Below are positions 31,902-42,966 of a DNA stretch of 50,369 bases, piece after piece. The notes below the pieces were generated by a model, which made no database searches, was not told the origin of the DNA, and was given only the letters and a program-made list of their open reading frames with translations. The DNA is from Psammoneis japonica. Its lineage: Eukaryota. The stretch is from positions 372,001-422,369 of the forward strand of contig QPGO01000061.1 of assembly GCA_008632985.1 (NCBI GenBank). Direction: 5' to 3'. The position numbers and the translations under genes are program-made. Numbering within the stretch: position 1 is the first letter of the stretch; every line of letters begins with the position of its first letter.

Positions 31902-34900
31902 ATGGCGTCTAACGACTTTACCCCGTCTGACAATGAGGTTGACCCTGACCCTTCTTTCCAAATTACCGAGGACTTAAATTTTGATGAAATGGAACATTTC
32001 ACCAATGGTTTCGGATTCAAATTGTTCCAACCCAAGCTCAAAAGCACAACTGCAATGCGTGCCTTGAAAAAGAAGTTTTTGGAGTCGACGAATTGGACCC
32101 CCTCTCCAGAATTCCTCGCTCTTCCCTTCCTTTGTCACAAGCCGAAGTTACGCCGTGTTCCTCATGTTGCCAAAGTTATCCGCACCAACAACATTGTAAG
32201 GAAAACCCTTGGCTGTCCCGACATTTGGTCCTGTGTCATGACTCGTGGTTGGTCCATTGAGAAATCCCGCTGTGCGAAAGGCGAATGTGTCCTGCGATGT
32301 AAAAATCTCGAGGAGGCTCTGTGTTTCTCCAAAATGTCCGGAGAGACAGAAAAAGAACAGCACAACCACACGCTTCTTCACCGCAACATCCAGGCGATGG
32401 TAGAATTTGTTCACACGATCATTGCCGGAGACGACCCAAACGATCCTTTATCCGGTGAGCCTTGTTTCCGATTTTTACGGTGCAAAAGTCTCCAAAGTTT
32501 GATCAACGATTGAGCCCAAGACCTCCACAGTGCCTGTTTTGTCACTGACATCGTCATGCGTTACGTTCAGTGCAAGCCCAAGGACATGGACTGTTGGTTC
32601 TTGAAGATTTTCCATCACGTCAAAACCCAAAAGGAATGGCGCCTCTTTGTTGACAGCTTTCTGGTCACACGCGATGCCAACGATCCTGGTGCCCAGGCGG
32701 ACAAGATCAAGGGGTTCCTTGACGACTCAACCGGCAACACAAAGAACACGGTGACAGTGCAAGGCGATTACCTTGCACGCCGTGAGGCTTGTGAAGAAAA
32801 AATCAATTCCATGTTGAATCACGAATTTGGGAAGCGTTGTCCCAAGGAGCAAATTGGCATCCGACCTGGGTGCAGCAAGCAGCTCACAATGCTCCGTTGC
32901 AGAATGCGTGATCAGAGGGCCGACTGCTTGGAAGATGATGACAAACGAATCTACAACTCTGAAACCAAACGCAAAATTGGGAGGACCCGCAAGGATGGCA
33001 CCTGTTTGCATGATGGCAAGAACCCCCCCCCCCAACCCCCCGCCTTCTACCTTTCTGCCTGCATCTGTCGTCTCAATGTCTCTTCTCACACCCCATGATT
33101 GTTCACGACCCACCAGAGCCTTCCTTGACCGTTCCCAACAAGAAGGCCAAGCCTGCATCTCACAATGAACAAGCCCCTCCATCGCTTTCTGGCAATGTTC
33201 CGTCATCTAGGGAGGCGCACCGGACTCTCACCACCGACCTTCCGTCACTCTCAGAAATTGTGGAAAACCTAAAACCTGCTTCTACCTCCAAAGGTCCTTC
33301 ATCCAAACCTCATTCCTCTCCTCCTTCTGTTTCAGCTAATCCTCCCGCGGTTACGTCTCCTCCCAGTGACCCCAACGACATGTCGTGGCTGGACCTGTCC
33401 ACACTCCGCGATCACTTTGACCCGTCCAAGTGTCGACCCGTCACCACCGAGGAAGTTTCTTCTCATTTGTCACACCTGCACATCATTGACAAAGCCACCG
33501 ACACTGATCGGGTGCTTCATCATTCTGCCGCCGACTTTTGCCTGGCAGACAACTTGCGGGAAAACTGGCGCACGTTCTCAAACAATGCGCCATTGTGTGA
33601 TTCCACCACCGCATCTCGTGTTCGAACCGAGTGCCCTCCCAACCTCGATCACTTCTCCGAGGAACTCTCCATCGCCCGTCAGGCTAACTCTCTGTACGAG
33701 GGGCACTTCGGGTGCCTTCGTGTGTGCATTCCTGCCCTTCTTCTATTTATTTTGTTGAAGGGAGAGTCCGATTTGACATGTGACGGACCGGTTGCAGTTC
33801 AAAACGGCGAAGCACGCAGGACAAAGTTCAGTTGTGCTGGGAGAGCGCATCACCCCAAGACGCCTGGTTCCACCAAACTGGCCAAACCAAAGGCCACTTA
33901 CGGACTTGATGTCTTTGAGTCCGATGATGACTTTGACGCCAACGAGACCTCCAAAATCAAGGCGATGGCAGCCGACATCCTTGACTCGATTCAGCTTTGC
34001 GAAAATGAGGTAGAGCTGAAAAAACTGAGCAATCCACCACCATTTGACTGGTCACTTCGGTGCGAGGAACACTCGCAAAAGTTGGGCAACGAAATGGGCT
34101 GTCTCTTCTTCAAACGTGAGGACGTTGCTGTGCAGGGATTGTGCATTTCCCGGGGTCAAGTCTGTGGTGGTCACTGTGACAATAAAAACTGCACCTGGCA
34201 TTGACATGGGAAGACAGCAGCCGGTTGCTTCTTTGTTGTGGATGCCTTTGGTGACATCTGGTCCTTCAAGGTTGTTGCCAACAGCAGAAGGACCATTGGT
34301 GAATGCTGCGATGACCAGTGCGACATGAAGCCTGTGCTTGCTCGCATGCACCACAATCGAGCTCAGCTTGATTTTGCACTTAAAGACTTGGACTTGCAGC
34401 ACGATGGTCCCACCCGCCCCAATGTGTCGCTTTCCAGCATTACATTCAAGCATCTTTCCCTTGACGACAACAGGCCGTGGGACAGTGTTCTTGTTGGTGG
34501 AGGTGGCGACTCTTCACATGTCGAGGTGTGCATGGATCGACTCAAGTTCCTGACTTTCCCAGTCAGGGACTTCCACTTGTCTGCCCCAGTCACAGTGATC
34601 TGCCGTTTCAAGAACATTGTGTGCCGATCGGGTCCCGACCCAAAACGAGTCATTCGTTTGGCAATCCATGCTGGTTGTCCCACCGGATGTCACCGATTTT
34701 ACTGCGTGGGGGACAGGTGTCTTCCCAACCTTTGTTGTGAAGGTGCTGACCCGTTTGTCAACTTTGCTGATTGCTTGCAGAACACATTTGGGGTGCCACA
34801 CGGTGACCCACAGGTGGGTGGGATCAGCCCCACCAATTTGACGTACGAGAAATTTTGCGATGTATTTCTAGACCCTTGTTGCGTCGGAACCGCGAATGAC

Positions 34901-36870
34901 CTAATTGACGCAATGGTGGAAGAAATCTATGCTGCACTTCTCTGGATGAACAACAACATCGACACCAACGAGTTCTGTCCCAACTTAATGGAACAACGGT
35001 GCAAGGCAGCGTGCGATGCTTGGGCAGACCGGGGAGCAGATTTCAGTGAGATTCGTCTCATGTTGGTGCTGCAATGTCTGGTGCTGGCAGGTGTCGCAGT
35101 GAAAGACCATCCAAGACTCAACAACATTGTCTGTCCTGTCTTCAATTTGGGAGCTGCCACACAACTGGGGCACATTCAACCGGAAGAAAGGCCGCTCATG
35201 CACAAAAGGATGTCATCCAAAACAGGAACCGAAGAGCACGGTTGGAACGGAACCGAGCACAAACTTTGTGAGAATTCAGACAATCGCTGCACCTGTGTTT
35301 TTGATCATGTTTTCCAAGGACCCTGTTCAGGACAAGACCTGTTTACCTTCTCTCCCTCTGGGCAGCGTCTCTGCAAGCCACATGGGTTGACCGAGTGTGA
35401 AATTTTGGAGTGTGTTGACGACGACCCCAACCTTTGCCAATCACAAGACAATGCTGAATCGCGCACATTTGTGTGTGAATCAGCCGTGCAATCAGACAGC
35501 ACCAGTGTTTTCTCCACTGTTGATGGACTGCCCGCGGACAATGAACTTAGCTCATTGTCATCGGAGGAGTCTAGACTCGCCGCAAACAATGAACTTAGCT
35601 CATTGTCTTCGGAGGATTGTCGATTTGATGTGGAGAAAGAACCAAGTTCATTGGATTCGGAGGAGTCTCGACTCGCCGCAGACAATGAACTCAGCTCATT
35701 GTCTTTGGAGGAGTCTGTGTTGTCGGAGGACTGCTCGTGTCCTGATTCTGACTGCCGCTTTCCAATTGTCGCGGTAGATTCTGTTGTCCTTCAGTCGCAG
35801 GATCAAGAATCCGATGAAGATGACACAAGCAACGCAACCACGTACGATCGACCCGAGCCACCGGTCCTTTTACAAGTGCAAGATTTTGACATGGACAAAT
35901 GTGTGAATGCCATTTTTGAGCAAGTCTGTCAACAGCCGAAGAACTCCTGCAATTGTTTGGTGTCATGTTTTTCACAAATCTTAATCTGCAACATGACTCC
36001 TCCTGTGCTTTTGTTTCACATTGTCATGTCATCCCCAGACAAGACGGAGGTGCAAATGTCCTGTGGCTTTGCATGACGAGGCCCGTCATGGCCGGAAACC
36101 TGACATTAGATGAGACATGTTCGGACCGTGGCGTGGAGGCCATCCGATCCACTCAGCAAAGAAGAGATGAGGCAAGGTGTCAAGTTGTTCAGGATCTCCA
36201 CACGAACTCAAATGTTTGTGCATGCACTGTGTCCCTGCAGGATGGCAGCCCCGCTTGTCACTTGAATTGCAACACATCCGCCAAGAATTTTGCCCAAAGG
36301 GTCAAGACGCGGTTTGGAACAGTGATTGATTTTAAGAAAAGTGGCTTTGTTCAGATCTGCATGGACTGCCACTGGATGCAAAAAGGGGAGTGGCTGCAGT
36401 CGACACTTGGAAATCGCTTCTTTGGTGAAAACCCAAGGGATGTGATGGAAACGTTGTTTCATCCAAAGCTCCAGAGGTGCCGCGTCATAATCCCGTGCAC
36501 CATTTGGTCACTGGCCCAAACCGTGCGCAGTTTGGATGACATTTTGGAGTGCGCACTGGTGCAGGCCATGACACAGGACATGGCATGTGAAATGGTGACG
36601 CTCTGCCAGGCTTCCCAGGAGATTGTGGAGGAGCACCGTGTGGACTGGCTGGGAAAACCATCTGACCAGGAAGCATTACATTTGGGAGTCACGGAACAGG
36701 AAATTCGGGAAACGCCACCACATGAAGAAGCTAATTCAGTCCTGGAGCTCCTGCGAGAGTGTGGAAATTACAACCGGAAGGAACCGTTCCCGCTCCTGTC
36801 CTTCGAGAGGAGAATTCCCGATTTCAGGGATGAGTTGAGGAAATGGCCTGGGAGTTGTTTGCTGTGCTAG
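31902..36870 (+). pseudogene. Large transposon cargo gene (hypermutated), unknown function; weak HxDxxN and EHxLCE motifs
   Basis: 31902-33015 is one frame with a single TGA (32511). Intron 33016-33116 (GCAAG...CAG) joins it in frame to 33117-~35920, which has a single TGA (34202). A further ORF runs to 36870. Cys/His-rich and Tyr-poor. Confidence 0.6.
35532..35715 (+). repeat. ~4 copies of a 48-bp coding repeat (ADNELSSLSSEESRLA)
   Basis: gacaatgaacttagctcattgtc.tcggaggagtct.gactcgccgca repeated. Confidence 0.85.
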
Positions 36871-37069
36871 TTCCCAGTCGGATTTGTGAGTAGATTGTTG
36901 AAGTGGGTGAGTGAACGTTGTCTCTGTTGTCCTTGTCGTCCCAATTAAGTTTTCTGCTGCTGTTGTCGGATGCTCACATGCTTTTCACCTGCTTTTGTGA
37001 AACAGCTCTCCCCATGTGTTTCTACAGTCTTGAACTGCCCAAACATGCTTTGTCCTGTCGTGTGTCTCA

Positions 37070-38040
37070 GCAATGCCGGGTTGCTCCTCATGCACCAACA
37101 ATTTGTCACCAACAGTGTCGATGGGCACCAAGAAAAGCTTGGGTGAGCACACTGATTGTTCAGTGGAGGACAAGTTGTTGTTCTTCACTTGGCCCAATTG
37201 CCAGCGACTAACCAGGTTGGTGTGTTGCATTCATTCAACCATGGTGCGCTTGTCAGGCTGGTGCGTGCAAGGGTGAACGACCACATGCAAGTCACCGTCG
37301 CTTTCCCTTTGGAAGAAACAGTGAAGTCTTGACGGGAAGCACAGTTCCCCCCCAGTTGTGCCAAAATTAACATTCGCCCAGTCGTGAACCGGTCCTTCAC
37401 TGTTGCAGTCTGGGTGTGCGTGGCAAGTGTCTTTCCCGTTCTTGTGGCAGAATTTGGTTTTGCAAACAAGGTTGACGGCGAGGTTGCCTCCTGCTCCAAC
37501 GAATTCCCTCCACTTGTTTTGAAAGAAATGGAGCAGGACCGGGTGAACCTGACATTGTTTTTGCTTTCTGTGCCAGAGAAAGCTTGCTGCATTGTTTGTC
37601 GCACTGTGGGTGATGGCAAAGGTGCTGCCACCCAGTGTGTGACTGTCATTGCCACATGTGACGTCCTTTCGTCCAACTCTCGATGTGATCCATGGGTTGG
37701 CCGACAACGCACGGTGCACCGTCATTTGGTCTTGCATGCACGACGCAACCTGACCCAGGAAGATGTCAAAGCTGCGTTGTTGTGCCGTGGCAGAGGGCAA
37801 TTTGAAAAAATCCTCAAGCAAAGATTCTCCAAGACCAGCGTCAAAGTTCATGGCATGACGGAAATGACATAGAAAGATTGGAAGGTGAAGAAGCTTGTGA
37901 AGTTTTTGCAGCTTCCACCCAGCCCCTTCGTGTCCAGGGGAGTGATGTGCAATGCGAGACACCAGCAACCGAATTTTCTTTGTGATTTTGGTCAGGTCAG
38001 TTGTGTCGGTCGGTGGGTCGCTGAGTCGACAACAACAATG
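37070..38040 (-). pseudogene. C-terminal fragment of a Plavaka-like transposase
   Basis: GWKLQKLHKLLHL...NFDAGLGESLLEDFFKLPSATAQQR...F.GQVA and (Y)xAHPx(Y)xSEGPV(Y)DWAxVNF...PSRL..FF resemble Plavaka transposase C-termini as I recall them; the N-terminal catalytic part is absent. Confidence 0.6.
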
Positions 38041-38118
38041 AATGCTGTTGTACAAAATGACCGCTTAACGGCACATTGGCCAAACGACCACTGGAGGAGA
38101 TTTGAAAGTTTGACAATC

Positions 38119-39450
38119 ATGTCGGCAGATGGAAGGCGACAAATCATGGAATCGGAGTACGAGGCGGCTTTTGATGAATTGGATCGTTTGACACAAAGTT
38201 TGCCACAAGGTGGGATGGTGCATTCTGATGACACGGGTGCAGCTTTGATCGAGTTTGAGAGCGGCACACACACGGTTAACCCGCACCTGCACCGTGACGC
38301 GATGGACCTGTGTCGTATGATGAATGAGGACAACATCGAAGGGAGTTGGCGGGAACTGTGGAAGCAGAGGCACAACCACATGGTTTGGCTGCACGAACAT
38401 GTGAGTGATTGGAGCACAGAAGTGATTGAGTGCATGCACGCCAGCACAGGCATGATCTCAATTCATGACAACCTGAACTGGTTGAATGGCGTCGTCAACC
38501 GTGGGATTGATGCTCACCATCACCCGGAGCATTGGGACTGCGTCGCGACTCACCAAGACAGGCAAGGAAGGATGTGCTGTGTCTGCAGCACTCTGCACAA
38601 TGAAGGAGAGAAAGAGCTGAGGGATGAATTTGCAGCGGGTGCGTGTGATGATGCAAAACTGGTCATTGACAGGGGAGACGTTTTGAGATTGAGACGGAAT
38701 TTGAGCGTCAGCATGCCGACCTGTGGCATGGACGAGACAGGCACTTGCGGACCGTTGGTAGAAACATCGGCAAGGGGAGGCACACACGGACTTGCAATGG
38801 ACAAGAAGGGAATTGTTTGTGATGCATTAAAACTGGCGAAGTGGTTCCAGCGTGACATCGTGCGAGACAACCATGAAAGACTTTGGTTCTGTGAGCAAAT
38901 GGAGTTCTTCAGGTTGTCTCCACGGATGGTCAATGAATGGACACTGGACATTGTCCGGAAGGAGGATGGTGAGCGGGAGAAATTTCAAAGCAGGAGAAAG
39001 GAAAAGCGTTGGGTGGAGAGACGTCATCGCGTTGAAGTTAACGAATTCATGAGAATGGTCGGAGTGGAGTCGAGGGCTTTCACCCACATGACTGACTGTT
39101 CCGACATCGGGCGACACATCAAGTTGAGAGTTACAAAGTTAGAGGGTGATGACGAGTTGGACCAGAGAAAACGATTTGGCACCAAAAAGGATGGATGTGC
39201 TCAGGCCCCAACAGCAAACCGGAGTGACGTTAAAGCAGGTGAGGGGTTTGTTCATTGCAGCAAAAACAACTTTTACAGGTGCACGTTTCACAATGATGTT
39301 TTGAACAAAATGCTTTTGCAAGCAATTTACACTGTGGAAGTGGATTTCGAAATTGCAGCAAAAGAGAGGTTTGAACTGGAATTCGCAATGATTCAAAATT
39401 TTCATGAGATCACAAGGAGTGGCAAAATGGACAAATCACATGTACATTAA
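38119..39450 (+). pseudogene. Transposon cargo ORF, unknown function (hypermutated but still open)
   Basis: 443-codon open frame from ATG 38119 inside the TIR element; Tyr-poor, His/Cys-rich. Confidence 0.45.
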
Positions 39451-39603
39451 AAGATTTGGTTGATTCTCAGTTGTGTTGCATTTGAGAAAAAGGAATCATT
39501 GATGGCAACCACAAGATTTTCAGTGTTAAAGAGAGGTTTGAAAATTTTCCAACGGCGAAAATGACTGGGACACAAGGCATGGAGCCACCCACAATTGGCA
39601 ACA

Positions 39604-40827
39604 ATGGCAAGGAAGAAGAAGAAAGGAACTGCGGGGGTGGCTGGAGATCAACCAACAAGCCCAAGGCTGGCCGCAGCGTTGGTGTGGGTGGGAGCCACTG
39701 GGGATCACCAGTCTACAAAGAGAGAGGTAGAAGAGGTGGCGCAGAAGGAACTTTTCCCAAAGGCAAAATTCCTTGTCAAGGCGGACATGGCAAGCAGTGG
39801 CAAAGTGTCGCAGCTCATCAGGAAAAAGACAGCCGGAGGAAATTGCAGCAAGTGAGGCTGGGCGGGAGCATGGGAAGACTGGGCAAAGAAGTGCGTCATG
39901 CACGCAATTAACGCAAAAAGGAGCATGGTCACTCAGGCGATCAAGAACAATGCAGCGGCTGGCAAGTGTTTTGTGGTGCACGGCATGTTGAGTGTAGTTG
40001 CACTCAACACAACTGCACCTTTGTTTGTTGAAGTCGTGTTGACAGAGAATGAAGCAGAGGAGATGCGCAGTCAGAAGCCGGCAGCAAAGGGCAGAGGTGG
40101 GAAGAAGAGCAAGAAGAGGAAGAAGAACGATCGCACGGAAGAGGAAGAGCCGTTCCTGGTGACTTGGGGGGAGGAGACTGTGACAATGATTGTGGAGGAC
40201 AAGCGCAAGAACAAGGAAGCATGTGCTTGGTTCTACAAAAACATCCTGAAATTCACAAAGAGCACCACCACATGGAGAAGGAAGGCAGAGTTGGGTGAGA
40301 CAAAGGCAACCGGTCTGGCTGCAGCGAGCAACGAGGCTCTGGCACTGTTGACATTGGAAAACTGCTGGAAGAGTTGGGAGCACAAGGCACGTCATGACAA
40401 GACTGTTGCAGCAGGGGGGGGTTCGGACAAAGAAGATGAGGAAGAGTTGGAACCAACACCCAAGTGCACGGACCCGTCAAGGCAACGAGACTCGCAGAAA
40501 GATGCAGGGATCAAGCGATTCAACGAACTGCTTGTGGCAGCAAAGAAAGACAGGTTGAGTGAGGAGGGCATGCAGTTCGACACATGGCACAGCGAAGGCA
40601 AGAAAAGGAAGAGTGACGAAAGAGGCAAGGGATCGAAAAGAAAGAAAAAGCAGGTGGAGGAGGCAAGAACACAGGCAACGACAGAGCTTTCAAGTGACGA
40701 TGAGGAGAAGGAGGAAGAGGTGACGGACGAGAACAGAGGACACGAGGACAGCGACGAAGGGGAGGAGGACAGTGATGCGGAAAGCGATGTGAGTGCAGAT
40801 GCAGATGGTGAGCAAGCTGCAGCATGA
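39604..40827 (+). pseudogene. Transposon-associated ORF with acidic tail (type I recall beside Plavaka-like transposases)
   Basis: Single frame with one TGA (39853) and a likely 72-nt intron 39962-40033 (GCAAGT donor); motifs LFPKAKFL, SNEALALLTLEN(Y>C)W, PK(Y>C)T, GIKRFNELL..AKKDR. Confidence 0.55.
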
Positions 40828-41670
40828 AAAGGCAGCGGAGGCTTTTGTCAGTGTGACAATGGAAAGAGGACAAGCAATGTAGTGGGCTTCAATGTCAACA
40901 GTTGTGAGGTTTGACAAAGCATCAAAGGGATCACTGTTCCATGATCTAACCTTTCGTTTGACAACAAGTGCAAGCAACAGAACCAGTGCATGCAATGGAA
41001 GGTTCTCTTAACCAATGTAACGCAACGATTGGCATTAAATTGTCATCAACCAAAACGTTGTGAACATTGCTTTCAAAAGGCAAAAAGTGACGGAATTCTG
41101 ACAGCCAAGGGAGGGGTCCCACAGGCAAAGGAGGGGTCCCATGGTGAAAAATGTGATGCTGTGACACATGATAAAAAATCACGTTCTACACAACTCACTC
41201 AATGTGAAACTGTTGCATTTGTGCCTGTGACAGTGTCAAAAATTGCCTGCAAGAAGGGTGGTCAGGATCGCCACATTTCGCGCTCTGATGCAGCTGCCAG
41301 CTGTTTTGCAAAAAAGCCAAAGGCTTTTGACATTCTCTGCCCATTTGTGATTGCAAAAATTGGCTGAGAACACTCTTCAATGTCTGTGGAGTGTGCTCAG
41401 GCAAAAAAAAACAATGTCCTCTAAGAATGAAAGATGAGGCATCATGGCCACTGATTGCCTCTGTTTCTGTTGGCGACAGCCAAGAACCTTGTGCTCATCA
41501 CATGACAATTTTGCTGCAGAGCTCACACGTGGAATTTTGCATCATGCAGGTGTTGCATGGAGCCCCGCCTGGGACTGGAACATGCTTTGATTGGCTTGAC
41601 TCTTGATGGCAAGATTGTCAAACAGGCAGCTGACAGTGGCTCCCCTCAATCTGATGATTCAGAGGCCAGC

Positions 41671-42060
41671 GACGCGTTCCAGCCCCAGGTGGGACTCCGT
41701 GTGACATTGGGCCCGTAGAATTCTACGTGCGAGCTCCGTAGTACGAGAATTTAATTAATGGATATATTTGTCTTCAACATCAAATAAACGGCCAAGTTTG
41801 TGGTACAATTATGCCTCTTACCACTCGACGTTTTTGCAAATGCACCTGCCCTACGCGATTCTTAAGACATTATAGAATCGCGCTGTAACAAAAAATGTCA
41901 AAAGTTGTTGGACGGATCGCTCAACAAGTGCACCGTAAAATGACACAAAATGTCAAAAAAATCACGTAGAAATCTACGTGCGCGACATACGACGTGATTC
42001 AAAAAACTGTCGATGTCACAGTTCAGCAGCACGAGGTCCCACCTAGACCTGGAACGCGTC
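41671..42060. mobile_element. 390-bp intact MITE of the same family, 4-bp TSD CAGC
   Basis: TIRs gacgcgttccagccccaggtgggac / gtcccacctagacctggaacgcgtc; CAGC at 41667-41670 and 42061-42064; subterminal palindromes at 41712-41729 and 41963-41980; TpA/CpG intact. Confidence 0.85.
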
Positions 42061-42519
42061 CAGCGCAGGATCTTCACACAAACTTCTTTGCCCCGTCAAT
42101 TTTGAAAAGGGGGCATGTTTGGCAAAGAAGCACTGGGCTCATTGAGTTCTTCAGAGAGACACTGTTGTGCAAAATGAAGCAGCAGCACTGCCCAGAGCAG
42201 CTCTGGCCATTTTTTCTGATGCGCTGGCTGTTGTCAACAACCTGCCATGCAATCTGACTGATGAAGAGGTTCCCGCCGCTGTGGTGTGTGACATTCTGGT
42301 GAAAAACTTGCCACTGTGGCTGGGTCAGGGACATGTGGCATTTTGTCATGTTTCTGGACAAACCTGTTTGTGCGGACTCCTTTTGCATGGATTGAATCTC
42401 TGCGAGACATCAATCGTCATTGCAGACAATTCACATGACAAATGCACACACTGAGCAAACAGACATTCTCAATGCTTTAAAATTCAACACATGCTCAACA
42501 AACATCAACATGTTTCAGT

Positions 42520-42966
42520 GACAGGATTTCATTGTTTGGCGATTCTGCTTTTGTCGTGGAGACAAAATCACAGAATTCTCCTTTTGTCATGGGAGCAAAA
42601 ATTTGTCGTTGACGACAAACGGAGACAAATGATGACAAATGGAGACAAACAGAGACAGAGACAAAACAGAAAACAGGTGGAGACAATGGAGACAAATCAA
42701 TCAAAACCAAGATGAAGCGGGCTCTTTGACTCACTCTTCGCTGTGCTTGGCAAGAGCGAGTGTTTGAGCATGATGGGTCTGCCTGCACAAACATCAACAG
42801 ACGCCATTGACATGCAGCGGTGGTTTTAATTTGCAGCTCAGCAGGTGCCATTGCATGTCTGTCACTGTCCCATCATCAATCGATCAACCAATGATGACAA
42901 AATTTTGTCTCTGCCATGTGTCTCGTGGCAAAATGCTTCTGTTTCGAAAACAGAGACAAATCCCTG
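42520..42966. mobile_element. Possible hAT-like MITE remnant with GACAAA subterminal repeats
   Basis: caggattt...tgttt at ~42522 vs aaacagagacaaatccctg at ~42947-42966; many (GA)GACAAA/TTTGTC motifs; no convincing TSD. Confidence 0.35.

Larger units (their letters stand above)
31203..41586. mobile_element. 10.4-kb TIR DNA transposon (Plavaka-like fragment + cargo) with 4-bp TSD TTGA
   Basis: TTGA at 31199-31202 and 41587-41590. Ends ggtgagttccagctctgggttggacc / ccccgcctgggactggaacatgct each align over ~70-100 bp with the opposite ends of the MITE at 41671-42060. Subterminal TGACA/TGTCA clusters. Confidence 0.75.
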
